Part shown: one piece after another, positions 1 to 14,200 of the stretch
Numbering within the stretch: position 1 is the stretch's first letter
Layout of the letters: each line of letters begins with the position of its first letter
Program-made: the position numbers and the translations under genes
NCBI GenBank assembly: GCA_009602735.1
Contig: WELA01000805.1
Coordinates: 94,879-158,878, forward strand
DNA length: 64,000 bases
Source of the DNA: Mesotaenium endlicherianum
Lineage: Eukaryota
Reading direction: 5' to 3'
Notes under the pieces: generated by a model
What the model was told of the DNA's origin: nothing
Seen by the model: the letters and a program-made list of their open reading frames with translations, nothing else
The model's database searches: none

Positions 1-2994
1 CGGGGTTGTGGAGGACGATGAGGGGGGGGGAGCGCGCGGCAGGGGCGCCAGAGGGGCCGGGGGCGGGGGCGGGGGGGAGCTGGGGCAGTACGAGTCCAGC
101 CTGGAGTACCTGGACGACGCGTTCCAGGTGCTGGCGCTGATGCTGCGCACGGCCAAGGCGCGCCACAAGGAGGACATGAAGGACCTGCAGGAGGACCGCG
201 CCTGGTACGACTCCTACCGGCCCGCCTCCAAGGTACCCTCCGGCCCGCGCTTGCGCGCGCACTCATCAGTACGCATCAGTACGCATGCGCGCACTATCAA
301 GTCCTTCCTCCTGCCTCGCCGATTTAGGCGTGGGCGTGTGCGCGCGTGCTCGCTCGTCTTTCGTCCTCTCCTTTCTTGCAGGCATGCACACACGCACGCA
401 CACGCACACACACATGCACCAACACACAGACACACTCGCTCGTGCTCCTTCCTCCTGCCTTGAGTTGATTGTGTTAAAGTCTGCCTCTCCCCCTCTCTCT
501 TGCCTCTCCCCCTCTCTCTTGCCTCTCATGTGCGGACATGCGCACATACGGAGGAAGAGGTACATACGCCCCAGAGGGAGAGACGTGCTCACATGCATCC
601 ATCCACATGTAATTACCACTTTGCGGAGGTATATATATATATATATATGAATGTGTGTATATTTTTATATTTATGGATGGCTCTCCAATGAGTATCTCTT
701 TTGTGCGCATGCTTTGCTGCATATGGATGCGCTTGGTGGCACTTTGGCTACCGATGTGCTGTCAGATACAACCCACCTACACTTTGGGTCAAGCCCATCG
801 GCCCATAAACTCATGCGTGAGGGTAGCCGGCAAATAGCTGACGAGCTTTCTGCCGGCTGTGTGTGCCAACCACCTGCGGCCCTGCGGTGGGTGGGGATGG
901 GGGGGGNNNNNNNNNNNNNNNNNNNNNNNNNNNNNNNNNNNNNNNNNNNNNNNNNNNNNNNNNNNNNNNNNNNNNNNNNNNNNNNNNNNNNNNNNNNNNN
1001 NNNGGGGGTGGGAGGGGGGGGGGGCTTGAGCCCATGCCCCTGTGTGGCGTGCGTGTGCTGCGAGGGCCCAGGGCTTGCGGCTGTCTCTATCTGCGCACAG
1101 TGTGGACACACGCATCCACCCCTTTGGATTCCGCAGTGACTGAGGAGTCTTTTTCTGGTTTAAGGTTTGGGGGTTGAGGACTTTCCGTGGGGGATTATAG
1201 GGGGGGCTTGAGGAGGTAAGTGGACTCTCATCATTGCTTACGTGACGCACCATCTTGCGTTGCAGAGGGGGCTAGCAATGCCGTCTTGTTATACAGGGTT
1301 TGCAACTGTGCGGGTCACAAGCAACTTGCTTGCTTGCTTGCGTCCCTGCACGAGCGCTAGTAAGACAGTCCGTCCGAAGCAGGGCAGGAACCGGAAAGAG
1401 CGCGACTGTTTCTGCGTGTGGCACTTTGGAAAGCGGCTCGTGCAGTCTTTACCTTTCCTGGCAGGGTGGGGGGTTTTGGGGAGGAAGAGAGGGGNNNNNN
1501 NNNNNNNNNNNNNNNNNNNNNNNNNNNNNNNNNNNNNNNNNNNNNNNNNNNNNNNNNNNNNNNNNNNNNNNNNNNNNNNNNNNNNNNNNNNNNNNNNNNN
1601 NNNNNNNNNNNNNNNNNNNNNNNNNNNNNNNNNNNNNNNNNNNNNNNNNNNNNNNNNNNNNNNNNNNNNNNNNNNNNNNNNNNNNNNNNNNNNNNNNNNN
1701 NNNNNNNNNNNNNNNNNNNNNNNNNNNNNNNNNNNNNNNNNNNNNNNNNNNNNNNNNNNNNNNNNNNNNNNNNNNNNNNNNNNNNNNNNNNNNNNNNNNN
1801 NNNNNNNNNNNNNNGGGGCGGGGGGGAGGGAGTGTATCCTGAGGAAATGCATGAGCAGCTTCTGGTTCTTTGTTGCTTATGTACGTTCTTGGATCCTTAT
1901 GTCTGTTTTGGTACTTTTTTGTTTCTTTGGGTCTGATTGTCATATTTCTTTTGCTTCTTTGTTATCCAGGCGCTGGCGCGCAAGCTGGGGCTGGACGAGT
2001 TTGAGAAGAGCGTGGTGGTCATGCTGGCTGGTACGCGTGCCAGGCAGGAGCTGCAGCCCCTCCCGTCCCTCTCGCTCCCCTTCCCTCCGCTCCCCTTCCT
2101 TCCCTCTTCCCCCCTCCCTTCCACGCTTCCTGGTGTATGAAGAGCAGCTGCAGCCCCTCCCCTTTTCGCTTCTCCTCCCTGTCTCCCCTCCCTTGCATGT
2201 CTTTGACTTGCTGACCTTCTGTGCTCCTTCTTCCTGCTTTTTGTTCTTCTAGGTGGTTAAGGTAGGAGCTGGCTGCAGGTGACCGCTGCTGGACTGTTAG
2301 AATGTGTATGTGTGTGTGTGTGTGGCCGTGAGTTGAGCTGCTTGCAATGGGGGCCTGTCCACATGGGAGTGTGCCTGACACCCGCACGGCAGGTTTGAGG
2401 GACTGGGCAGCTCTCTCCTGGAAGTAGTATGAAGTATACAGGGTCACCGGGCGGCAGTGTCAATGGGCTTCACACGTGACGCCAGGTGGCACGTCGGGGC
2501 AGAGGCAGAAACAGAACTATGTCAGTTTGAATCTTCGAGCTTAACTTTGAGCAGGAAATTGCTGCGGTTTAGGTGCAGGGTCAGGGATTGGGCATTTGGG
2601 CTTAGAGGATTTGAGGTGCTGTTGTGTGGGGCTTAGATTGCGATGACGGGTTGCATGGACGCACGGATGTGAGATGCACAGGTGTTCTCGAATGGCGGGT
2701 GCCCGGATTTTCTTAGGGGTGCGTCGTCAATGCTGCGTGCATGTGACTCAGCGCTGCCACAGGAGGCGCGTGCTAGCTAGCAGGAGGCGAGGAGGCAGGC
2801 AGAAACATACTTGTAAAAATACTTGTATTTGCCCTAGTAAGGCATGAGGAACTGCAGCTGTCGGAGTGGGTGAATGAAGCCCTCGCTTCTCTAGAACCGA
2901 TGTGAACGGTGCCCCGGACATGCCAGCCGTGCCGTATTAACTGAACGAGCCCTCAGCAGATCATAGCACTGCAAGGCGCGTGCGCACACGCACA

Positions 2995-3052
<58 letters not shown>

Positions 3053-6000
3053 CACGCACGCACACACGCACACACGTAGAGACGCGCCCGCGCATGCGCA
3101 CACGCATGTACAACCTATATAAATGGTGCAGTTGTGTCCATTCGTGTGCGTCCCACTATAAGCGACATGGCTCTTCTGCCTCCGGACCTGCCCAGCTCTT
3201 CTTCAGCACGACCCTCGGTGCTCCCCCCCACACAAAGACAACCACCACCACCACCAGCAGCAGCAGGAGCAGCAGCAGCAATCTCGTACAGAACCACCAA
3301 GGCAGAGCGAAGCCAACCTTCAATGTACTGCCATTGCACGAGACGACATGCCTTCCCACCCCTCAGACGTGTGCCAGCGCGCGCTGCCGGGGTGCGTGCA
3401 TGCAAGTGCGCGTGCTGCCATGCGTGCGCGCTGCCATGCGTGTGCGCTGCCGTGCGTGTGCGCGTTACCTGACTGCTGTGCTGCCGTATTGGCTGCCGTG
3501 CGTGCGCGTGTGCGTGCGTGCGTGCGTGCGCAGGCGTGGCGATCTCGCCCGTGGTGAAGAGCATCTTCGAGGCGGACTCCGGCGACGGCGCCTTCCGCCG
3601 CTCCAGCGACTCCGTGCAGGTGGGTTGCCCCTCTTCCTTGCCCTGCCCGCCTCGGGGGCTGCCGCCGCTTGCACCCCTCCTCGCCCCTCTGCCCCATTCA
3701 TTGCTCCGCCAGCCTGCAGGCCTGCCGCCGCCGCTTGCTCTCTTCCTCCTCTTCCCTCAACCCCCTCGCCCTATCGGTTGCCCTGCCAATCTGTGGGGCT
3801 GGCCCCTGCGGCACCCCCCCTCCTCCTCCTCCCTCGTCGTTCCTGAGCCCCTTCCTTGCCCGCCAGCCAGCCTCTCCTCTCGCATGTCTCGTGAAAGCTG
3901 CCGTGGCTCCGCCGCAATCATTTGACGACGTTGGTCAGGGCTTTCTCTTGTGCCAGCCCCTTCTTGTTCACGCTTTGAAGCCGGCAGAAGGCTTCGCTGC
4001 TTCTCCTGGCAGTCCGTCACACATTTGCGTCAAGGTTCTCTTTTATTTATGGCGCGTTTCATTTTTTTTATTCATTTTGAGGCTGGCTGCGGTGACGATC
4101 TTGCAGGTGAAGGACATCCTGACAGTCCACTTTGACTCCTTCAAGGACCAGGTACCTCGTCCCTTTTTTTCCCCTCTCCCACCCCTCTCCCTCCCCTCCC
4201 TCGATTTGATTCGATGTGATGTGCTCTGATCTGAAGTGCTCCTCCGACGGCCACCGGGTTTCTCGTGTAGCCATCCCTTGGTCTCTCTTACCTGTTCCCC
4301 TCGCTGCCGGCAGTTCAGGGTGCAGTACAGGTGGCACCCCCTCGAGGGGCACTGATAGAGTCGAATGCTTTGGGGCACTGTACTCAGCACTCGGCTCAGG
4401 AGACGCGCTGATGCGCGCAGTGCTGCTTGCTGCATTGGGGATGCCATCTTATTTTGCTAGTGCTTGCAGGTGCTCATGTTTGAGGGCGGGATGTGGGAAC
4501 TTTTTTTTTGTGGGGGGGGGAGGGGGGAGCAGGTGCTGGCGCGGCCATACTTTTACAAGTCCAGCCGGCTGTCAGTGCGCGGCGTCATGAAGCTGCGCCC
4601 TGGTGTGTGTGCTCCCCCCGGCCCCCTCCCTCGCCCTCCCCTCTCTCGTTTCACCCCTTTCTGTCTGCCCCAATTTCTGACTTTTTGCGCACTTTCCACC
4701 CTAAAAATATTTTAAAGAAAAACAAATATGTATATATATATACATACATACACACGCAATGTGGTCGCGTGCGTTGTGCATTGATGTGCATGTACTCATG
4801 TGCATAAGCACATACTTTCAGTTCAGGCATATAACATGTTTGTCCATGCAGCATCTACGTATGAATTTCATATGGCGGCATGTTCGTACGTCTTCAACTG
4901 TACATACATGTCCCCCATGTATTTTTTGCATGAATATGCACATACTCATTCAACCACGTGATGCTTCAAGATGTTTCCCCTCAGAAAGATAGGCCTTCAA
5001 ACACGTGAACAGACAGGTACACGGCCAAGTGGCGCGCACATTCTCGGTCCCTTTCTCGTGGGCTCAGGCTCATCCGACCTGGACCGCATTGACAGCTGTC
5101 AGTCAGCCAAGGCTCCAGGATTAAGCAAGCGGTCAAGTTGGGCGAAGTAGACCTAGCTCTGCTTCTAGGGTTACCTGGGGGGCATAAGGGTCCGTCAAAG
5201 CAGGCTAGGGTTAGGGCTGGCTTTAGGGTTTTGGCTAGTGACCTACAGGTGAGAGGCGCATGTTGTCTGCGGGCAGTCTCGTGTGGGGGGCACGCATATT
5301 CACTCACTGTTTGTGTGTGTGTGTGCGCGTGCGCGTGCGTGCTTGCGCGGTTGTGCCTCACCCTGCAGCGCCCTACACGAGGGCTGGGGGTGACCTGATG
5401 GACCAGCAGGTGGAGCTGGACCGGCGCATGCTGGACTGGATCGTGGGCCTCGACACGGAAATGAACGAGCTCGTGGAAGGCTCCCACCTCTACTCGCCCA
5501 AGGTGAGTGTGTGCTTTCGCGCCTGTGTCATGCGTGTGCCTGTGTGCTGGGGCGTGTATGTTTGTTTCTGCGCTTGCGCGCACACCTGGGTGCGAGAGCC
5601 TGACGTTCTGTGTCCTTGTGTTTGTGCGTGTAAATGTGTGTGCGCGCTGTGTGTGCACGCGCGCACGTGCGTGCGCGCAGAGGCATGGTTCACATGACAG
5701 GACCAAGTGCCATCGTGTTGAAGCCTGCGATTGTGAGAAAAAGTGCCCATTTTTCTGTGACTGCAAGTTCCTACAACTCATACCCCCTTGGAGGCATGGG
5801 CATGTGTGTCTTCCTATGTTCCCGCGTGGACGTTGGCGCTCGACAACGTGAAGCCACCGCTCCTCGTAAGATGGAGTGGCGGCCCCGCCTTGTCCCTCGA
5901 GTTCAGATCTTTTTCCCGGCTGTACTTTCATACTGGCCAAATCGAGAAGGGAGGGGTGGTCAAGTTGCCGGGTCGGCTGTCAGTTTTGCCTCCCTGTTTG

Positions 6001-6950
6001 GGTTGATTGTCAGTTTCATGAATTGGGTCAATGGTCAGCGTGCATTGCCTGCCTTTGGGTCCCCTGTCAGTGTGCACTCCCCTGTTTCCGACTCGACTGC
6101 TAACGTGCAACTCCTGTTCGTGGGCCAACTGCCAGCGTGCAACCCCTGTTTCTGAGGGAGTTGCCAGGCGGGTGTGTGTTGGGAGCTCTCATCTTGACGG
6201 GAAGTAGCGAATACCCTGGCTCCTCTTCAATACTCGTGAAGTGCCCTGTGCCCTGTGCCTATGCCCATGGGAGTTGCTCCCGGTTGCATAGCCCAGCCCA
6301 GCCCAGCCCAGCTAGGCAGCGCCACTAGCAGTACCACCAGCAGCAGCAGGAGCAACAGCAGCAGGAGTTTCCGCTGCCACGGGCTCAAGGGCCGTGGCGG
6401 CTCTCATCTTCCGAGTATATGCTTCTTTGTCTCCTCCACTTAGCCCTCCTCCCCTTCTGAGTTGGCGAGATGGGCGTGGCGCCAGGGGCAGGCCCGGGGA
6501 CCTGGGCCAGGGGCAGAGGCTGAGGGTAGGGGTGGGGGGGGCGCAGGGGCCTGGGGATGGGGACACGGCTGGTGGTCGGGATTCCAAATACAAACTACGG
6601 TGGGGGTGCTTGTGCTCGTGCTCGTGCTTAATTGCATGCAGACGACGATGGAGCAGGTGGTGCTGCCCGAGGAGCAGAAGAGCGTGCTACTGAGCACGGT
6701 CGACAACTTTGCGCGGCTCAAGCGCTTCCGGGCGCGCGCGGGGCTGGAGGACACCTTCACATACGGCGTGGGCCTCGTGGTGCTGCTGTGCGGCGCCAGC
6801 GGCACCGGCAAGACCATGACCGTCAACGCGCTCGCGCACCACCTCGGTGAGCCCGCACGCGCGTGCCTGGGGTCTAGGGTTTTGACGTGCTCGCCCAGTA
6901 CCTCGGTGAGTCCGCTCGCGAGTTTCGCGGCGAGGGGGGGGGGGGGGGGN

Positions 6951-6985
<35 letters not shown>

Positions 6986-9900
6986 CGGTAAAGGGTAGGG
7001 CTTTGACGAACTCGCCCACGACCTCGGTGAGTGTGCGCCTGTGCGTGCTCGGGAGGCGGAGCTAGGGGCTAGGGCTTTAACATGCTCGCGCACACCTCAA
7101 TGAGCGCGCGCGTGCCCTCGGAGGACGGGGGGCTGGGTTGAAGCTTGCGCCTCAACGCAGTTGCGCAGTGGTGCGCACCAGTGAGCGCATGTGTGCGCGG
7201 GCTTGGATGGCGGGGTTAGGGCTTTAATGCATTTGCGCACCCCCTAGCTGAGCATCGTCACAAGCGGGGGTTCTGAGGGCCGGGTTGTGGTCAGGGGTGG
7301 CTCGCGCTCCGCCTCGGCAAGCATGCACGTGGGTTCCGCAGTCTCCGGGACTGCTCAAAGGTGGAGTTGCTGGGGTTGCTGCTGGATGGGGTTGGTGTTG
7401 TAGTGCGCGGGTTTTAACGCGCTCGAGCGCGACCCTCAGGCGAGCGCGTGCGTGCACAGGTTCCGAGGGCAGGGTTGGGATTTGGGTTTTCTAAGGTTTC
7501 AGCGCGCTCGCCCACCATCTCAGTGAGCGCACGCGTTCGCAGGCTCGGGGGAGGGTGGGGGCTGCTCGAGGGCTGGGGTGCTGGGAAAGCTTAGGGTTCA
7601 GACGCGCTCGCGCACCATCTCGGCAAGCCTGCGTGGGCTTTCAAGGGCTGGATTTTGGGGTGTCGTAACTAGGTTCAGCATGCAAATGCACCACCTCAAG
7701 GTGCTCGTGGCTCAGGTAGGCGCGTCCTCGGAGGGCGGGGCCGGGTTCTGGGCATGAGGGGTCTACGCGCGTTCACTCGCTCACAAACTCGGTGGGTGCA
7801 GGAATTTCGAGGGCCGGGCCGGGATGTAGGAGTTTTGGACTTGGTGTGCTGGCCCACCGCCTTGGCGCGTGCGTGCGTGGGATTCGAGGGCAGGGTCGAA
7901 TTTGGGGTTGGGTTATTAGTGTCCTCGCCTACTACCGTGGTGAGCGCGTGGGTGCGGACGGGCAGGGCTCTGTGTGTGTCTGTGTATGTGTGTGTGTGTG
8001 TGTGTCTCTGTGTGTGTGTGTGTGCACGCGTGCGCATGTCTACGTGCGTGCGTTTGCTTGTGCCTGCACGTGAAGGTGTGGGCGTGCGCGTGCGCGTACG
8101 CAGGCACGGGCAGCCGAGCACAATGCGCGTGTGCCTACACATCCACACAAATATACACATGCATTGCAGGCAGTTATATAAATTCTCTAACGCCGTGGCA
8201 AGAAGGGTGGTTGGGGGGGGGGCGTGTGCGGCAGGCAAGCGGGTGCTGATGGTGGACTTCCAGTCGCTCTACTCGTCGAGCGCGGGCAGCCGCAGCGAGG
8301 ACCAGAGCAACGACCTGCGCGGGCTGTTCCGCGACGCCGACATGAACGACGCCATCATCTTCTTCGACGAGTGCGAGGCCATCTTCGCGCAGGTGCGCCC
8401 CCCCCCCCCCTCTTGCCCTTTCTCCTGCGAATCGCCGCCCTTGCCGCCGCCACCGCTGCCGCCGCTGCTGCTGCTGCTGCTTGCGCGCCTGCTCGTGCCC
8501 TCTTCCCTCTTCCTCGCTTTCTCCGTTCCCGTCCCCTCCTTCCTCCGTCCGTCTCCTCGCCTCCAGATTGCTACGCACAGCCGCGTTTTGTGTGTGCTGC
8601 AGGGCGGCTGTCTTCTGTTATGCCACTCCCTTTGCTTGGGCGCTCTGCCTCTGAGGTCAGCTTGGCAACTGGATGGTTTTTAGATGTCTGAGGGTTTTGG
8701 AAGGGCAAAGGTTAGAGGCCTTTAGTCGGCCCCCCTTCAGTTGGTGGGGGAGTCTTAGTGCTGAGTCGGCTGAGGCCGGCAGCCGTGGGCATTATCGAGG
8801 CACACATTCTCACATCCACACGTGCTCTCACTGAAGGAGGAGCGCGCGCGTACAAACGACGCATGGTCCCCAGAACTGCGGCAACCTCTTGTAGCGTTCC
8901 CCCGGCAAAGCACCGCGCGGCCCCACCTGGGCCTCACCTAGTCCCCCCCCCAGAGCCTCCTGGCTGTCTTGCAAGGACGAGCCTCTGCTGCTGCTTACCG
9001 GCCAGCCAAGGCATGTCCTCATGTGCGCGCCTTGCGGGGGGGGCACGGGGGGGCTTCGGGTCGGGTGTGAGCTGGTGGATGGGGATGGGGGATGGGGCTC
9101 GGCGGGGGGACAGCGGGAGAGGGGGGGCGACCGCATGCTGAATGCGCTGCTGACGGAGATGGAGCGCTACGAGGGCATCATTATGCTGGCCACCAACCGC
9201 CCGCTGGACCTGGACGAGGCCATGCACCGCCGCATCACGTATGCATACACCCCCCCCNNNNNNNNNNNNNNNNNNNNNNNNNNNNNNNNNNNNNNNNNNN
9301 NNNNNNNNNNNNNNNNNNNNNNNNNNNNNNNNNNNNNNNNNNNNNNNNNNNNNNNNNNNNNNNNNNNNNNNNNNNNNNNNNNNNNNNNNNNNNNNNNNNN
9401 NNNNNNNNNNNNNNNNNNNNNNNNNNNNNNNNNNNNNNNNNNNNNNNNNNNNNNNNNNNNNNNNNNNNNNNNNNNNNNNNNNNNNNNNNNNNNNNNNNNN
9501 NNNNNNNNNNNNNNNNNNNNNNNNNNNNNNNNNNNNNNNNNNNNNNNNNNNNNNNNNNNNNNNNNNNNNNNNNNNNNNNNNNNNNNNNNNNNNNNNNNNN
9601 NNNNNNNNNNNNNNNNNNNNNNNNNNNNNNNNNNNNNNNNNNNNNNNNNNNNNNNNNNNNNNNNNNNNNNNNNNNNNNNNNNNNNNNNNNNNNNNNNNNN
9701 NNNNNNNNNNNNNNNNNNNNNNNNNNNNNNNNNNNNNNNNNNNNNNNNNNNNNNNNNNNNNNNNNNNNNNNNNNNNNNNNNNNNNNNNNNNNNNNNNNNN
9801 NNNNNNNNNNNNNNNNNNNNNNNNNNNNNNNNNNNNNNNNNNNNNNNNNNNNGGGGGTACCTTAAGTTGCAGCAAGGCGCGTCTCCCAGTCTGCTTTTAA

Positions 9901-11157
9901 TAACTCGTTCTGTACTCGTGCACGCGCGCGCATGCGCACTGTCGCTTCATGTTCAGTCTACCTTCAGGAGAGGGACCTCCTGTGGGAAAGAGAGGGGGAG
10001 GAGGGAGGGAGGGGGCGAGCTGGGGCTTGTAGTGCCGGTGTGAAGGCCGGCGCTATTCCTCCTCTTCTTTGGGATGCCAGGGTTGGAGTGGTGCTGCGCG
10101 GTGGTCTGGGTTAGGTCAGGGCTTGGTGTGTATTAGGCAAGGGCTAGGGCTCGAGGCACGCAAGAGAACGGTTCCTCGTACCTTTGCATTGGGCGTGCGG
10201 TGCAAAGCCTGCATGGGATATACCACCGCTGGGGGGAAAGCGGTGCCACTAGTGCTTTGGAGCTTGCTTACATGCGCACAGGGAGTGAGTGTGTGTGCGA
10301 CTGCCTGCGCGTGCCTTACTGCACGCCTGTGCTCCTGTGTTGACGCCCCCCTTTTCCTGCCTACCTGCCTGCCTGCTTGCGTGTCTGCCTGCCTGACTGC
10401 CCGCTTGTGCGCCTGCTTGCGCGCGCGCGCCCGCAGGTACGTGAGCGAGTTCCGGGCGCCGGATCACAGGCAGCGGCGGCAGATCTGGCGCGTTGCCTCC
10501 GAGAAGCTCCCCACGGCGCCCGCCATTGACTGGCACGAGCTGGCTCTCAGGTGCACCATCAGTCCGCTGGCTTGCTTGCTCGCTCGCTCCCCCACGACTC
10601 TCCCGCTTCCTCTTTCTCTCTCTCCCCTCCTCCTCCTCCTCCTCCTCCTGTGGGCTGCATTCCATCCAGATGTAGATGTAGACGCGGTGATTCCAGCAGC
10701 AAATGGAAACCCTTGCTGCTGTTCTCTAGCAAGTGTGGCTCTCAACAGCTGCCTGATGTGTGCGGAGCGTATCTGTGCTGCACCATCGTCGTCCTGCATC
10801 AAGAAGGTTGCTAAGCTTTCCTAGGACAGCGTTGGCAAGCAGCCCACTTCTGCCCAGCCCAGCCCAGCCCACTTCCGCCCAGCCCAGTTCGGCTCAGCTG
10901 ACCTCAGCTTAGGTCGGCTGAGTTGAGCTAAGCTTAGTTGAGCTTAGAATATAATGTGAAGGTGCTTCAGAGTGGATGAAGTCAGCCTTACTTCGGCGTA
11001 GAGTGTGGGCGGCTTGCAGGCAAGCACAGGCTTCAGCATGTGGTTGTGTGCCGTGCGTGACCGTAATTGTCGCTTGCGACATGTGTGGCTGAGTGTACAT
11101 GTGCCACCTGTGTAAGCGCGCACGTGTGTGAGTATTTGTGTGGGTGGGTGTGTATGT

Positions 11158-11222
<65 letters not shown>

Positions 11223-14200
11223 CGCGTGTGTGTGTGCGCTCGTGTGCGTGGGTGTGTGTATGTGCGTGTGCGGGTGCGCGAGCACGCGTGTGATGTCGCG
11301 CATGACGTCTGCATGTGTGTGTGTCTGCATGGGTGTTCCTGCCCGCCTATAACATGTGCGCTCGCATGTGTACGTGCGTGGGTGCATGCGTGCGTGGTGG
11401 CGCACGCGCGCGTGCAGGTACGAGCTGACGGGCGGGTACATAAAGAACGCGCTCTTCAGCGCGCTGCTGCAGGCCATCGCGCGCGACGGCGACAACCCCT
11501 GCATCAGCCAGGATGACGTCATCACTGGCTGCCGCCTCCAAATGCGCGGCAGCCTGCAGGTCCGTCGTATCCCCTCCTTCCCCTCCTCCTCCTCCTCCTC
11601 GCCCGCCCTTACCCGCTTTTCCCTTTCGCGCGCTGCCACCTGTCTGCTGCTGCTCTGTGGCAAGGGGCTCAGACGAGAGGCCAGGATCCGGAAGGGGCTC
11701 CTGTGTCATTGAGGCATGGGTTAGGGAGTCTTCGATTCAGGGCCATTAACCCAAGCAGCCTCAGACTCAGCCTCAGCCTTACTCTCACTCTCATTCTATT
11801 CCTTCCATCCTCTCACTTTCACTCCCACTCTTGCCCTCTCGCTGACTCTCCCTCTCCCTATCACTCACTCACTCTCGCTCGTCACTCACTCACTTACTCT
11901 TGTTCACTCGCTCTTGCTCTCACACTTGTTCATCACCCTCACCAACTTTCTCTCTCTCACTCATTCTTGCTCTATACTTAATGTGACCCTCTCACCCACT
12001 CTCTTTCTCACTCACCCTTCTGTTACGGCGGTTTCGAGAGCTTTGCGACAGGTGATCCCTAGGTCCGGACAGCCTTACAATGCATTAAAGAGGACCATTG
12101 TGGATGGATTGCCTTCATCTGGTATCCCTCCCATCCTATATCCCCCCCTTCCCCTCCTTGAAAGGCGCCACCAGGCATACAGGTCCGCTGAACGTAGCCT
12201 ATGTGGTGAGATGCCCTTTCCTGCAAGAGCATGCTTTGCATATGCCAGAGATCGTGCTGCTCTTTTTTTGCAGAGAGCCGGTCAGCCAGCCAGCCAGTGA
12301 GCCAGCCAGCCCGCCAGCCCGCCAGGCCAGGCAGTCACCCGGGCGCGTCGTGCCGTGTCGAACGGCCGGCACAGAGCAGGCCGTGCATCTCCCTGCCTCG
12401 CAGCGGGCTCTGCCTGCCTTGCCAGCTGTCAATGCCTGCCGGCCCTCTTAATGGGTGCTGGTTCTTCTGCCTGCGTGTTCGCATGCCCTCACGTGCGCAT
12501 CAAGTGCGCGTCCTCTGCCTGCGTGCGCGTGCACGCACAAGTGGGCGCGTGTGTAAGTGCTCACACGCGTGGTGTCCTGCGTGTGCTCTCTTTCTCTCTC
12601 TCTTTTTCTCCCTTTGCGGCGCAGATGAAGTCGTTTGCGCAGCGCGTGGTGCCGCAGAGCGGCCTGGACGAGCTGGTGCTGCCGCGCCCCATGCGCGCCA
12701 AGCTGGACGCCGTCGTCAGCTTCGAGCGCGCACGCGCCGTGCTGCTGGGCCAGTGGGGCTTCCTGCACGAGCGCACCGGCGCCGCCTGCCTCTTCTGGGG
12801 CCCCCACGGCACCGGCAAGTCGGCCGCCGCCGAGGCGCTGGGCTTTGAGCTCGGCCGCCCCCTCAAGGTCGCTGCTGCCAGTGACTCTCTCGCGCGCCCT
12901 TCTCCTCCCCTCTGCATGCGTGGATGCTCAGGGACCTCCCACCCCTCCCCTTTTCTATCCATCCTCTTCACTCTGCCCCCCCNNNNNNNNNNCCCCCTCC
13001 CCCCCTTTTTCTTGCCGCCCCTGTCTTCATCCTCTTCCCGTCAACCGCTGCTGTTGCCTTTCCATGGCTGCTTCTGTTGCTCCTCGCTCTTCTATTGCTG
13101 TTGTGGCTGCTGCTGCTGCTGCTAGTGGTGCTGGTGCTGCTGTTGACCCAACGCTGCTGGGCTGCTGCTGTCGGTCCGGTTCCTTCTGCCGCTCCTCCTC
13201 CTGCGTCTCCTGTCCAAAACACGCAAATACATGAGTTTGTCTTATATGGGAGCACGCCCCTGAGTTTTGGGGACTGCTATGTCGAAATCGTATGAGTGTG
13301 CAGGTTGTCAACTGCGCGCAGCTGGTGTCAAGCGAAAGCAGCACAAGGACAGGTGTTAACATCTCGGCCGCCTTCAAGGACGCGCGCCTGATGGATGCCC
13401 TGCTTGTCCTCGAAGACTTCCAGGTGGCGCAAGCGTCCTCCCAGCCCTAGCCCTCTCCCTCTCCCTCTCCCTCTCCCTCTCCTGCTCCTTCTCAAGCACT
13501 CTCAGCCCCTTCCTCTACTCAGCCCCTCTTAGTGATGGTCCGCGTGCAGACGGCTAAGCAGGTAGCGCCCCAGATGGATTCTTGTGGTCTGTCGCAGAAG
13601 CTGCCTTGCCTGCGGAACTGTGCTAGCTCTCGTCCCTCCTCGCAGGTAGGCAAGTCCACTGGCATTCTCTCCAGCTGACTGTGCTTAAGATACAAACCAA
13701 GCTTCCAGCAGCAGCTCCAGAAGTTCAGGACAAACCGAACCAATGTGGGGCTGCAGAATTGCGCGTGATCTCAACCACCACGTTCATACCCTCTGGGGGA
13801 CGCGCGCCTGTCGTTCAAGCATATCAATGAGCGCGAAGCAGCAACTGAGCACAAGTGGCTGGGGATACAGTCACCAGTTTGTACGAGTGATTGAGTGTCA
13901 CATTCGTCCTCGCAGGGACGGCAAACCTCGGCCACGGTCCCTTAGGAGGACTCTTCTGCTGGCTGCTCTTCCTGCTTCGCCTCTTGCTTGCAGCAACCTC
14001 AGCTAGCCTGGCACGACTGCTGCTGCTAAGCCGCCTGGCTGCTGTGTGTGATGTGACTGCCGCTGCCGCATGGGGGGGACCAGGTGCTGCGGGATGACGA
14101 CGAGGGAGGTGGTGCCTCGTCAGCCGGCATCACGAGCGTGTCAGCGTGGTCCAAGCTGTCGCTGGGCCTGCTGCTGCACGAGCTGGAGCGCTTCCCCGGC

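Noticed and set aside
5165..5232. TTAGGG/TTTAGGG motifs as an interstitial telomere (also ~21440)
   Set aside because: Only scattered one- or two-unit matches, with no array.
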